From Candidatus Latescibacterota bacterium (GTDB lineage Bacteria > Latescibacterota > UBA2968 > UBA8231): DNA of 64,000 nucleotides. Numbering within the stretch: position 1 is the first letter of the stretch; every line of letters starts with the position of its first letter. Positions 9,962-20,118 of the stretch are shown piece by piece. Location: NCBI GenBank assembly GCA_965243025.1, contig CBDETY010000003.1, positions 2,496,001 to 2,560,000 on the forward strand, written 5' to 3'. A program made the position numbers and the translations under genes. The notes under the pieces were generated by a model that saw only the letters and a list, made by a program, of their open reading frames with translations, had not been told where the DNA came from and ran no database searches.

Positions 9962-11629
9962 TCAACGGTCGGCGAGTGCGGCCGAGGCCGCCTCCTCGTT
10001 GACCGTCACCAGGGATTGGTAGCGCTCGCGCAGGGTTTCGAGGTATTCGTTGAATTCCTCCTTGTGCAGCTTGCGCCTCAGCTGTGACTGCGCCCTTTTC
10101 CTGGCCTCTTCAAAAGTTTCGCGTTTGCGCTCCCTCGACAGGACCTTGAAAACGGAGTAACCCTCCTGAACCGGGACGGGACCGGTCAGCACTCCGATCT
10201 CCGCCTCGACCACATGTTCGACAAAGCCGCCGAATTGTGGGGATTCGTGCTGGTGTACGTGGAAACGGCCTTCTTCGTCCCGCACCTCCCTCGAGCGGAT
10301 CGAGTGCCTGCCCGCCAGTTCCGCCAGCGAAGCCCCTTCCTCCACCAGCTCTGTCAGGCGCAACGCCTCCGATTCCGATTCAACGAGGATCTCCTGAACT
10401 TCGATCTGTTCCGGATGCAGGAATCTGTCGGCGTTGGCTTCGTAGTAGGCGCGGATGTCCGCTTCCGTAATGTCGACCCGCTCCATCAGGTGCTTTGCCC
10501 TGAGCCCCCTGACCAGCACCTGTTCTCCCTGTTCCTCGGCCCAGGCGACGAACTCCGGTTCGCTGTCGATTCCGCCACGGACCGCAGCCTCGACTATCAG
10601 GATGTCGGGAAGGACGTTCCTCTCGGCAAACGCGATTACCGTTTCCGCGCCGTCGAGGCTTGCCAGAACGTTCCTCCGGGAATCCTTTGCCACTTTGAGA
10701 AAGTCGGCGGCGGTAACCTCTCCCCCGTCGAAGCTGTAGAGAACCATGTCGAACGGGTCGTCGCCGCCTGTCCGCGCACCTCGCAGCAAGGCCTCGACGA
10801 ACTGCTTCATTCCATCCTGGTGCACCCGCAGCTTGTACTCCCGCTTCAGCTCTGCGACGACGGAGTCTCTCGCAGCCCGGAATTTCGCCTCCCGCAGCCC
10901 GCGGAGGGCCTGGGCTTTTTGCTGGGTGTTGAGGTCGACTGTGGTTTCGTCGAGGATCTTGAAAATCGCGTAACTCCGGCCGATCCGGATCGGCTCGGAT
11001 ACCTCTCCGAGGGCCAGGGGGAACAGTGCCTGTTCCAGGGGGAAAATCATCTGGCCCTTCATAACGTACCTGCCGACATCCCCGCCTCTGACGGCTGTCT
11101 CCCGGTTGGTCGAACGTTTCCGGGCGACCTCCGCGAAATCCGCCCCGGCCCTGATTTCCTCTACCGCGGCCTGTGCCGCTTCCAGGCCGGGGACCTTGAT
11201 GTCGGCGATTCGAATCGCCCTGTTGAGCCGCTCCTTATCTATGAAATCGTCCAGTTCGGCGTCGTCTACCGAAACCCGGATCGTGCGGTCTTCGAACAGA
11301 CCGAGGAGCTTTGCGCGCCGCGCCCTGTCCATCCGGGTGAGGTACGCGATGCTGTTGTCGAGTTCCTGGTTCCGGGCCTCGAGGAGCATCAGCTCCCTGT
11401 CGATCATGGTCCGCAGGTGGACCCGGCCCTGCTCCGCTCCGGGAGTTTCTTCCCCGGCCTTTTCGGAAAGGCCGGCGACGAATTCCCGCAGGTCCGCCGC
11501 GGTGATTACCCGCTCTCCCACCTGAGCAACCACCCCGCCATCATCCTGCGCGCAACTGCACAGGGAGAGCACCGCCAGGGGGACAACAGCTGCCAGCGAG
11601 CGAACCCCTGCTCGCTGGCGGTCGACCAT
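9962..11629 (-). CDS. PrsA/SurA-like lipoprotein foldase with two PpiC (parvulin) domains
   Basis: Lipobox-like SLCSC. VVAQVGERVIT N-terminal chaperone motif. Two parvulin-like units (GADFAEVARKRS...GGDVG...VSEPI and EILVESESEA...GASLAELAGRHS...GPVPVQEGYSVFKV). Confidence 0.8.
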   Translation of the reverse strand: MVDRQRAGVRSLAAVVPLAVLSLCSCAQDDGGVVAQVGERVITAADLREFVAGLSEKAGEETPGAEQGRVHLRTMIDRELMLLEARNQELDNSIAYLTRMDRARRAKLLGLFEDRTIRVSVDDAELDDFIDKERLNRAIRIADIKVPGLEAAQAAVEEIRAGADFAEVARKRSTNRETAVRGGDVGRYVMKGQMIFPLEQALFPLALGEVSEPIRIGRSYAIFKILDETTVDLNTQQKAQALRGLREAKFRAARDSVVAELKREYKLRVHQDGMKQFVEALLRGARTGGDDPFDMVLYSFDGGEVTAADFLKVAKDSRRNVLASLDGAETVIAFAERNVLPDILIVEAAVRGGIDSEPEFVAWAEEQGEQVLVRGLRAKHLMERVDITEADIRAYYEANADRFLHPEQIEVQEILVESESEALRLTELVEEGASLAELAGRHSIRSREVRDEEGRFHVHQHESPQFGGFVEHVVEAEIGVLTGPVPVQEGYSVFKVLSRERKRETFEEARKRAQSQLRRKLHKEEFNEYLETLRERYQSLVTVNEEAASAALADR

Positions 11630-11646
11630 GAAGAGAGTCGAAGCGA

Positions 11647-14358
11647 TCACTCGAGACCGGCGTATACCGTGGCGAAAGCCACACGACCGATCTGGGTCTC
11701 GTCGCCGATCGACCTGCGGGTGAGCCTCATGCCCATGTTCGTCGTCAGGCGGTATCCCAGGTAACTCCTGACATTGGAAAACTGCACGGCTCCGACGATC
11801 TCGGTGAAGTCGTCGAGCAGCCCCTCCTTGACGGCAATCTCGGAGTCCCGCATTTGGTTGAAGATCCCGTACTCGACTCCCGCCTGCATCGAAGAGGAGG
11901 AGAACAGGGGCCACCGCGCCAGCAACGACAGGAGCAGGGTGTTCTCCCGGCGTTCCGGGTCGGACCGCAGCGCCGGGGATTCCAGCCTCAGCTCGTTCTT
12001 TATCCTCGGCTGGATGTCGAAGTAGGCAATCTTGCGCTCGTAGTCGATTTTGTTGATGAGGCCGAAGAATGTGAAGTTGTCCCGCAGGTCCGGCTGTCTC
12101 TCGTTCTGGTGCCAGCGGTCGTACTTGAACTTGTTGATGATGTTTATGTTGGCCAGACCTGTGTATTTGAAACTTATGAACGAGGAGTTGATCCAGGTGT
12201 CCTGCGCCGCCAGCGGGTCGACGGTCGGGACGTTCCTTCTCTCGACCTCGCTCCACTGCCGCAGGTCGTTCTCGATGTTGTCCCTGGCGATACGGAAGTT
12301 CTCGAAGATCCTCAGCCTGCCGAGGCCGGGGTAGTCCTGCTCAAGGGCGAACAGGATGTAGTTGGTGGTGTTTTCACCGTCCCCGGCGATCAGTTCCTCT
12401 TCCGTCCTTCCAACCGTCAGCTTTACTCCCGGATAAAGGTCCGCCCCTCCGTAGACGTTGTACCCCCGGTGGTCCCTGGGGTAGGGGAAATCCGGCTCGT
12501 CGTCGTTCTCGAAGCGGTCGACCCAGATGTTGTTGTTCATGTCGATCCCGAACAGGAACTCCGGCCTGTCCGTGCCGTACCTCAGGAACGGCTCATTGTA
12601 GTCCGGGACGAGGTTGGGAAGGTCTTCGCTGTCGTTCTGGTTGAAGTCGGATATGAAATCGAGGTTTTCGTCGAACCCCGGAAATACCTCGACATCTATA
12701 TTCTCGAATATCCTCTGCCAGTCGGGGTAGCGGTCCTGGTCGTCGTTGTCGTCCACCAGTTCATAGTAGAATCGCGACTTGTCCGCGTAGTCGATATTGG
12801 TCTCCCCCCTGGCCATGATGACGCTGGTGTTGTAGTTGTGGTCCATGCTGTACGCCTCGCCGAAGAAATAGAAGGGGTGCGCGACCTTCGAGGCGTTTAC
12901 AATCCAGCCGTCCCCCTCGTCGGAGGCTCCGAGGTGGGTGGTTTGCGCCCTGTTGGGGTACTTCCGGTAACTGACGCTGCGGTCCCATTCTCCGTAGAAG
13001 TCGATCCCCCAGAGTCGGGTTGCTTCCAAGGTAAATCCGAATATTTCGGTGGCCGTGGGCAGACCGTACGGGATCTTGAGTACTGTCAGGTTGGAACCGT
13101 CCTGGACATTTGCTTCCGCCCGGGCGGCCACGAGGTAGACGTTCGCCCGCTGCCTGTCGAACTGGCGGTCTGAAGTCGTCTCGATACGGTAGTCGTTCGC
13201 CACCACGAGCTCGTGAGTCACCCTTCTGATCTCGGACGGATCAGGACCGGTGTACGATCCGATCGTGAAGTCGTAGACCAGCTCGATCTGCTCCGAGCCG
13301 CTCGCCTCCCAGAACCCGAGACGCTGGAAACCGCCTTGCGGAGCGGGAATCAGGCCGACGTCGCTGGCTCTCACCGTCTCTTTTTCAAAGCTGACATTCC
13401 CCTCAGTATCGATCTGCTCGGTTTCCGCCTCAATGATCAGGTCCCAGGCGAAGAGGGTGGCGCCTCCCTCGTTGTCCTCGGGTGAATCGTCGGAGAGGCG
13501 CACGAACACGCGGCTGACGTTCTCGGCGTTCTGGCTGGAGGCGATCGAGCCGCTGCGCGGGCTTCCCTCGAAAGCGTCGAGCAGCTGAAAGGAATTGTGG
13601 GCGCTGACGTAGTTTGCCCCGACCGTTACGGCGTCGCCGAGCTGGGCGGTCGCCCGCCCTCCGGTGAGCGTCGTCGAGCTCGTTGTCTGCTGGCTGGCCG
13701 GGTTTCGCGGCCCCGGCCCGCCCGGGGAGCTGACCCTGGACAGGAGCGCCGTCACCTCGTACTTGTCCGACTGGTAGTCGACCTGGATTCCGTCGAACGC
13801 CGGTTTCGAGAAGGACATCGGGGTCAGTGTCGAGCGGATTTCGTCCCCTATCGTTATGGCGAGGTTGTGCTGCCCCTTGACGTCGGAAGCTATAACCAAG
13901 TTGTTGAACCAGCTACCGAATTCCTCCGTCTTGAACAGGTTGCTTCCCCCCTGCTGGGGCTGCGTCTGGCTCCAGTCGTACACCAGCCATCCCTTGGTGA
14001 CGTACTTGCCGTAGATGTCGTAGAAGTAGTCTCCTTCCCGGGTGATTGACAAATAGCGTCTGTAATGATCGCGGGCGTAGTTGCTGTACTCCCACTGCTT
14101 CCACTGATACTCTCGAAAGAGCTCCTGGGGGACGTACCACTTCTTGACTGCCGGGTCGAGGGCTCCGAACAGCACCCCGGGGCCGGTCGGTTCGAAGGTG
14201 AGCTCACCGCCCCGGCGCACCCCCTTCATACGATCCGGATCGAAGGTTTGCGCCGTGGAATCGACGCTGAGAAGCAGCGAAATGGAGACAACGGCACAAG
14301 CTATGGCCGCGGTGCGGAGCTTCGCTGGCGCGACTCTGACTTCATGACCGGTCATCAT
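11647..14358 (-). CDS. Secreted 903-aa hypothetical protein, putative outer-membrane beta-barrel with acidic Ca-binding-like insert
   Basis: Signal peptide (ending STA-Q). Amphipathic beta-strand patterns (FDGIQVDY, GGRATAQLG, YNVYGGADL, LRIFENFR, MQAGVEYG, C-terminal FATVYAGLE). DxNxD-rich middle. The barrel call is inference. Confidence 0.6.
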   Translation of the reverse strand: MMTGHEVRVAPAKLRTAAIACAVVSISLLLSVDSTAQTFDPDRMKGVRRGGELTFEPTGPGVLFGALDPAVKKWYVPQELFREYQWKQWEYSNYARDHYRRYLSITREGDYFYDIYGKYVTKGWLVYDWSQTQPQQGGSNLFKTEEFGSWFNNLVIASDVKGQHNLAITIGDEIRSTLTPMSFSKPAFDGIQVDYQSDKYEVTALLSRVSSPGGPGPRNPASQQTTSSTTLTGGRATAQLGDAVTVGANYVSAHNSFQLLDAFEGSPRSGSIASSQNAENVSRVFVRLSDDSPEDNEGGATLFAWDLIIEAETEQIDTEGNVSFEKETVRASDVGLIPAPQGGFQRLGFWEASGSEQIELVYDFTIGSYTGPDPSEIRRVTHELVVANDYRIETTSDRQFDRQRANVYLVAARAEANVQDGSNLTVLKIPYGLPTATEIFGFTLEATRLWGIDFYGEWDRSVSYRKYPNRAQTTHLGASDEGDGWIVNASKVAHPFYFFGEAYSMDHNYNTSVIMARGETNIDYADKSRFYYELVDDNDDQDRYPDWQRIFENIDVEVFPGFDENLDFISDFNQNDSEDLPNLVPDYNEPFLRYGTDRPEFLFGIDMNNNIWVDRFENDDEPDFPYPRDHRGYNVYGGADLYPGVKLTVGRTEEELIAGDGENTTNYILFALEQDYPGLGRLRIFENFRIARDNIENDLRQWSEVERRNVPTVDPLAAQDTWINSSFISFKYTGLANINIINKFKYDRWHQNERQPDLRDNFTFFGLINKIDYERKIAYFDIQPRIKNELRLESPALRSDPERRENTLLLSLLARWPLFSSSSMQAGVEYGIFNQMRDSEIAVKEGLLDDFTEIVGAVQFSNVRSYLGYRLTTNMGMRLTRRSIGDETQIGRVAFATVYAGLE

Positions 14359-14401
14359 GTTGCTCTCCCTTGCCTTTCTAATTGCAGTAGACTGTGATTG
14401 A

Positions 14402-16123
14402 TCAATAAACCAAAGGCACTATTGCCGTCCTGCTCTCTGTTCCTGTATCCGCAGCGACCTCCACGCGCACCAGGTACACTCCTGGCGGCAACATCTGACC
14501 GCTGTCGTCCGCTCCATCCCAGGTTCGCCGGTATCTCCCGCTGGCTTCGGGACCGGAATGGATCACCCTTCTCAGTCTCCCGTTCAGGTCGTACACCTCC
14601 ACCGCCACAGGGGTACCGCTCGTGAGGTTGACGATGTCGTAGGAAATCGCGGCGAGTTCGTTTACCCCGTCCCCGTTGGGCGTGAACGGCGCCGGCACCG
14701 CTTCCAGGGCATGAATGATGTTCTTTGCGATCACGATCGTGACCGACAGGTCGTCCCCGAGGGCAAGCTCATCATCGGCCGCATCTCCCGACCTGATCTC
14801 CTGCGGGAGGTCCTGCGGCCTCTGACTGTTGAAAACCCTCCCGGAAAAAACCGTGTTGTACTGCAGGGCGATACTTTCGAAGACGACTCTCAGGGTGCTG
14901 TTCCCGGAAACACCGGGAAACCGGATCTCCACGCCGCCGTCGATGTCGAACTTCTCGAACTCGACTTCCGAGCCGTTTATGGATACCGAGCTGACCGCCT
15001 CCACCGGTGCCTGCGTCTCGATGTGCAGACGATCGAAGCCGAGGCTGTTGAAGCTCCTTACGGTGTAAACCAGCTCGGTCGCTTGCCCGATCATGGCATT
15101 CTGAGGCCAGATCTCCCCCAGCAGCGAGTCGGCGAGGGCGGGGGCAACCTCCACGGCGATTGAATCGACCGTTGCAGCCGACAGGATGTCGCTGCTGGCG
15201 AAGTTCAGCTGAAACTGCCAGTACTGATTCGGCGCCGGCGAGGTAATCCTGTTCGGGATTCCCGCAGGATATGGGGGAGACCATCCGCTCCAGGTGGTAT
15301 CGGTCGGCACCTCGGTACTGCCGCTGCGGGTCGCCAGGGTCACCCCTACCTTGGTCGGTTCCCCGATTGTGTCGCTTGCCCAGGTTACCTGGCCGAACAC
15401 CGCCGGGGCGCCCTGATTGAACACGTTCGAGGTGTACTGGGCGGCCGAGGCGAAACCTTCCCCGAAGATCTCGAATTCGTCGATCTCCCACTCCCCTCTC
15501 ACCAGTTGTTTCACCTCGATGTAGCGGACGTATTGAAGCGGGACCGGCAGGTCGACTACCGGATCGACGTTCCGCTCCACCGTCTTGAAGAGCCTGTAGT
15601 CCGGTGTGCCGGAAAGGGTCCGCTGCTCTTCGCTGCCGTCGTTGAGCGACACCTCGTACCCCTTGAGGAAGTATTCCTGGAATCCCTCTCTCGGGAAGAA
15701 GCGAATCCTGTTGACCCCGAAGCGCTCGCCCAGGTCGATCCTGAAGATGATGCCCGTTGCCGAAGGAATCTTGATCTCGAAGGCCCTGTCCCTGCCGTCG
15801 ACCATGTAGGTCAGAAGCTTGTCCAGGTCGGACTGGGATACTTCGAGCACTACCCTGGCGTTGGGGGAGGAAATGGTTCCCCCCTGCTCGATCAGTTTCA
15901 GGGAAATGTTGTCTTCGGGGCCGGTCTGGGCGGGTTGAATGAACCCGGGATTGGTCTCGAAGTCGATAACCGTCAACTCCGAATAGTTTTCCTGCCATGC
16001 CCGGGACCCCGGGCCGCCTCCGAAAACGACCGTCTCGGAATCGCCCGTCGAGGCGAGCCCGAACACCAGGGGAGCAACAGCGGGCCAGAGAACCGCCTTT
16101 TTCAATGATTTCCCGACTTTCAT
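14402..16123 (-). CDS. Secreted protein: discoidin-like domain + C-terminal FlgD-Ig/T9SS-type-B-like domain
   Basis: Start MKVGK at 16123 with signal peptide. IDLGERFGVNRIRFFP, WSGWSPPY...SPAP, PAPFTPNGDGVN...YDLNGRL...WDGADDSG..LPPGVY, ends LVY. Confidence 0.78.
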   Translation of the reverse strand: MKVGKSLKKAVLWPAVAPLVFGLASTGDSETVVFGGGPGSRAWQENYSELTVIDFETNPGFIQPAQTGPEDNISLKLIEQGGTISSPNARVVLEVSQSDLDKLLTYMVDGRDRAFEIKIPSATGIIFRIDLGERFGVNRIRFFPREGFQEYFLKGYEVSLNDGSEEQRTLSGTPDYRLFKTVERNVDPVVDLPVPLQYVRYIEVKQLVRGEWEIDEFEIFGEGFASAAQYTSNVFNQGAPAVFGQVTWASDTIGEPTKVGVTLATRSGSTEVPTDTTWSGWSPPYPAGIPNRITSPAPNQYWQFQLNFASSDILSAATVDSIAVEVAPALADSLLGEIWPQNAMIGQATELVYTVRSFNSLGFDRLHIETQAPVEAVSSVSINGSEVEFEKFDIDGGVEIRFPGVSGNSTLRVVFESIALQYNTVFSGRVFNSQRPQDLPQEIRSGDAADDELALGDDLSVTIVIAKNIIHALEAVPAPFTPNGDGVNELAAISYDIVNLTSGTPVAVEVYDLNGRLRRVIHSGPEASGRYRRTWDGADDSGQMLPPGVYLVRVEVAADTGTESRTAIVPLVY

Positions 16124-16177
16124 TTCACCACAGGCTCCTGTTACATGTCGCGACGGGCGAATGCCGCCCATCGCCGG

Positions 16178-17455
16178 TCAATACGCGAGGTGCACCAATC
16201 GATGGGCCGAGCTGTTCTTGCCCGACTTGTCGTCGACGTCCAGGTCGATGCGCACGAGGTAGATGCCCGGGGGCGCCAGCCCGCCCGAGCCGTCCCTGCC
16301 GGTCCAGGTCACCTTGTGGCGGCCCGCCTCCTGCGAGTCGTCGCTCAAGCGGCTCACGAGGCGGCCGCTCAGGTCATACACTTCCACCCGAACCGGGGCG
16401 GCCCTTCCCACCCGCATCAGCGAATACCCGACCTCCAGGGCGTCGTTGACGCCGTCCCCGTTCGGCGTGAAACTGGCGTCGATCTCCAGGTCGCCCAACA
16501 GCTCCCCCTGCTCCAGCGCCAGCACCACCGTCGTCTCGCTGTCGTTGACCCCGTTGGCATCCCCGTCATCCACCCGCTGCCACGAGTTCGCGAACTCCGA
16601 GTGGCCCGTCGAGCCGATGAAGTAGGTGTTGTATGCGAAAATCGTCGCTTCGAACGCGACCTCGACCAGCACCGACCCGCTCGTCGTCTTGAGCGCTTCG
16701 GGAAAACGCACCCACAGCGAGTCCGACTCGTTGCGAACCACCTCGAAGCCGTCGCTGCCGGGCGTGTAGGTCACCGCTTCCCGGCCGGTGACGTTCACCT
16801 GCGCCTGCTTCAGCGACATCTCCACCCCGTCGGGCGCCTCGATGAGCACCTCGTCGAACCCCCGGCTGCCTTCCTCGAAGGTCGAGCGCACGAAGTAGGA
16901 CAGCTTCTGGCGGCGGCCGATCTCCTCCAGACGGGACGGCAGCACCTCCCCCAGGATGGCCCCGGCCACCGGCGTCACGAAGTTCAGCGCCAGCGAACGC
17001 AGCGTCGCCGAGGCCATCGGGTCTTCCGTCAGGAACGTCGCCCGGATCGACACGTAGCGGCGCGGACTCGGCGAGGTGATCTTTTCGCCCGGCTCGAAGT
17101 ACGGCTGGCTCCAGCCGCTCCAGTCGGGACCCGGAATGGTCTCGGTGACGGCCGGACCGACCGAGCTCTCGCCGAAAAGGTCCTTGTCGCTGTTGTAGGC
17201 TTTGGCCGCTTCCTCTTCGGTGCCGGGGTATACATCCCCGTTCTTCTTGTAGTAGTGCGTGATCTTCTGCACCGTGTCGCCAGAGCGCGTCTGGATGATC
17301 AGCTGTGTACCTGGCGGAGTATCGGCGTCCCATTCGATCGTCGACAGGTTCTGGGGAAGATCGCCCAGCTCGATGTACGGCGACTCCCCTGCGAAAACCG
17401 ACTCGATGCTGGATTCAGGCATGAACCCCTCGCCGAAAAACTGGATCTCCGACAG
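16178..17455. repeat. Duplicated 3' gene half, copy A; highly similar to about 18841-20118
   Basis: Long near-identical DNA stretches, e.g. cccgacttgtcgtcgacgtccaggtcgatgcgcacgaggtagatgccc and accgagctctcgccgaaaaggtccttgtcgct, occur in both genes. Boundaries are approximate. Confidence 0.8.
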
Positions 17456-18835
17456 GCCGTGCCGCCCCGCCCTCTCGAACAGCCGGTAGGTGAAAGCGAA
17501 ATGTTCCACCTTGGACAGCGGAAACTTGAAGTCGTGATACGTTTCCCCCCCCCCGATGTTGCGGAGCGACCCGACCGTCTTCCACGCGAGCTCGCCTCCG
17601 GCATTGGTCGACCCGTCCGACAACTGAATCCGGTAGGCGCGAAAGGGCCCCGGCGGGCTGGTGGCTGATGAAAGCACCCGGATATTGTCGAGGAAGAAGG
17701 ATCCGCCGAGATCGATGAACAGCGAGCGCTCGACATCCGGCGGGTCCGAAATCGGCAGCCTGTCCGGATTGTAGCCGCCCTGGGCGGGCCAGTACACCAC
17801 CTCCCCGAAGAAATCCCCATCCACGACAGACCCCTCGGCCCCGTTGTTTTCCCAGCTCTTTGCGCTGCCGCCCCGCTCCAGCACCCCGGTGCCGATGTTG
17901 TCGCCGATCGCCCAGACCTCTACCTCCGCCAGCCTGGGAAGCTCGCGGCGGTAATGGACCACGGGCCCCTGTCTTCCGGAACTCTCCAGCACCTCCCAGT
18001 CCTCCCTTCCATCCAGCAACCAGACTTTTCCGGAGACCTCCCGCCGAAAGTACTCGATGTCTCCCTGAAGGCCGGTGGGAAGACTCTCGTAGACGGACTG
18101 CGAAACCTCCCTCGCCTTGCCGAAATCGCTGTCGGTGATGCCGACTCCGACATAGCGGATCACGTCCCCCGTGAAGTCGCCGTGCACGTTCGGCCACTTG
18201 GTGGGCAGCTGCCTGGTAAGGTCGATCTCGAACACCCGTTCGTTCTTGACCGGTCTGTTCGTGGTGAAGCGGGTTCGGTACAGCAGGGGACCGATGGTGG
18301 TTTCTCCCTGTGAGGTGGTCACCTTGAACTGCAGAAAGGGATCGCCCAGATCCTCGTCGACGAACTTCAGCACGATACGGGTGGCCGATACCGTCCTCCC
18401 CAGGTCGATCTGCACCCACCAGTCCTGGAGCGGGTCTGACACGTCCGGTTCCCACCAGGTGTCCATGCGGCCGTCCATCAGGTCGAGTGCGCCTGAAATA
18501 TTGGAGCCGGCATCCCTTATCCCGCCGCCGAACTCCGCGAAATCGAGAACGGCATTGATTCCGGGAACCACTACTTCCCTGCCATCGATGTCGAGAACGG
18601 TGCTTTTGCGGATGAACTCCGGCCGCACACCCTCGTCGCCGACCTGGATCGTTCCGGCAACCGAATGCCAGCGCTCCCAGTGCTCCCTCGAGTCGACAAC
18701 CACCCTTTCGGAATCGAGGGAATACCCTTCCTGGCTCCGGCCAACCCCCGACGAACCGAGGGTGATAACCGGGAGAAACAGGACTGTCCTAATTGACACG
18801 GCAGAAAATGCCGATCGACTCATGGCCGTTGCCAT
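16178..18835 (-). CDS. Secreted protein: two F5/8-type-C (discoidin)-like domains + C-terminal FlgD-Ig/T9SS-type-B-like domain
   Basis: Signal peptide. DGRMDTWW...WWVQIDLGRTVSATRIVL, second IDLGGSFFLDNIRV, FTPNGDGVND...YDLSGRLV...WTGRDGSG..APPGIY, ends LAY. Confidence 0.8.
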   Translation of the reverse strand: MATAMSRSAFSAVSIRTVLFLPVITLGSSGVGRSQEGYSLDSERVVVDSREHWERWHSVAGTIQVGDEGVRPEFIRKSTVLDIDGREVVVPGINAVLDFAEFGGGIRDAGSNISGALDLMDGRMDTWWEPDVSDPLQDWWVQIDLGRTVSATRIVLKFVDEDLGDPFLQFKVTTSQGETTIGPLLYRTRFTTNRPVKNERVFEIDLTRQLPTKWPNVHGDFTGDVIRYVGVGITDSDFGKAREVSQSVYESLPTGLQGDIEYFRREVSGKVWLLDGREDWEVLESSGRQGPVVHYRRELPRLAEVEVWAIGDNIGTGVLERGGSAKSWENNGAEGSVVDGDFFGEVVYWPAQGGYNPDRLPISDPPDVERSLFIDLGGSFFLDNIRVLSSATSPPGPFRAYRIQLSDGSTNAGGELAWKTVGSLRNIGGGETYHDFKFPLSKVEHFAFTYRLFERAGRHGLSEIQFFGEGFMPESSIESVFAGESPYIELGDLPQNLSTIEWDADTPPGTQLIIQTRSGDTVQKITHYYKKNGDVYPGTEEEAAKAYNSDKDLFGESSVGPAVTETIPGPDWSGWSQPYFEPGEKITSPSPRRYVSIRATFLTEDPMASATLRSLALNFVTPVAGAILGEVLPSRLEEIGRRQKLSYFVRSTFEEGSRGFDEVLIEAPDGVEMSLKQAQVNVTGREAVTYTPGSDGFEVVRNESDSLWVRFPEALKTTSGSVLVEVAFEATIFAYNTYFIGSTGHSEFANSWQRVDDGDANGVNDSETTVVLALEQGELLGDLEIDASFTPNGDGVNDALEVGYSLMRVGRAAPVRVEVYDLSGRLVSRLSDDSQEAGRHKVTWTGRDGSGGLAPPGIYLVRIDLDVDDKSGKNSSAHRLVHLAY

Positions 18836-18840
18836 GCCGG

Positions 18841-20118
18841 TCAGTACGCCATGTGCACCAGTTTATGGACCGAGCTGTTCTTTCCCGACTTGTCGTCGAC
18901 GTCCAGGTCGATGCGCACGAGGTAGATGCCCGGAGGCGCCAGGCCCCCCGAGCCGTCCCTGCCGGTCCAGGTCACCCGGTGGCGCCCCGCCTCCTGCGAG
19001 TCGTCGCTCAAGCGGTTCACCAGGCGGCCGCTCAGGTCATACACCTCCACCCGCACCGGGGCCGCCCGGCCCACCCGCATCAGAGTATACCCCACCTTCA
19101 GCTCCTCGTTGACGCCGTCTCCGTTCGGCGTGAAGCTGCGGTCGATCTCCAGGTTCCCCAGCAGCTCTCCAGGCTCCAGAGCCAGCACCACCGTCGTCTC
19201 GCTGTCGTTGACCCCGTTGGCATCCCCGTCACTCACCCGCTGCCACGAATCGGCGAATTCCGAATGACCCGTCGAGCCGATGAAGTAGGTGTTGTACCCG
19301 AATATCGTCGCCTCGAAATCGATCTCGACCAGCACCGAGCCGCTGGTCGACTTGATCGCTTCGGGAAAGCGCACCCACAGCGAGTCCGACTCGTTCTTCA
19401 TCACCTCGAATCCCTCGCTGCCGACCGTGTACGTTACGGCGTCCTGCCCGGTCACATTCACCTGCACCTGCTTCAGCGACATCTCCAACCCGTCCGGCGC
19501 CTCGATGAGCACCTCGTCGAACCCCCGGCTGTTTTCCTCGAAGGTCGAGTGCAGCAAGTAGGACAGCTCCTGCTTCCGGCCGATCTCTTCCAGGCGCGAC
19601 GGCAGCACCTCTCCAACGATTACTCCGGCCACCGGCGTCACGAAGTTCAGCGCCATGGAACGCAGGTTCACCGCCGCCATCGGATCCTCCGTGAGAAAGG
19701 TCGCTCTGACGGCGACGAACTTGCGCGGACTCGGGGAGGTGATCTTGTCGCCCGACTGGGAATACGGCTGGCTCCAGCCGCTCCAGTCGGGGCCTGTAGC
19801 CGCTTCCACGACGATGGGGCCGACCGAGCTCTCGCCGAAAAGGTCCTTGTCGCTTTCGTACGCTTTGGCCGCTTCCTCTTCGGTGCCCGGGTACTCATCC
19901 CCGTTCTTCTTGTAGTAGTGCTTGATCTTCTCCACCGTGTCGCCCGAGCGCGTCTGGATGATCAGCTGGGTAGCGGGCGGGATATCGGCCTCCCACTCGA
20001 TCGTCGAAAGGTTCTGGGGAAGTTCCCCCAACTCGATAAACGGAGACTCACCTTCGAAAACGGACTCGATAATCGATTCGGGCATGAACCCCTCGCCGAA
20101 AAACTGGATCTCCGACAG
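18841..20118. repeat. Duplicated 3' gene half, copy B
   Basis: Aligns by eye with 16178-17455, mostly with scattered substitutions. Confidence 0.8.
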
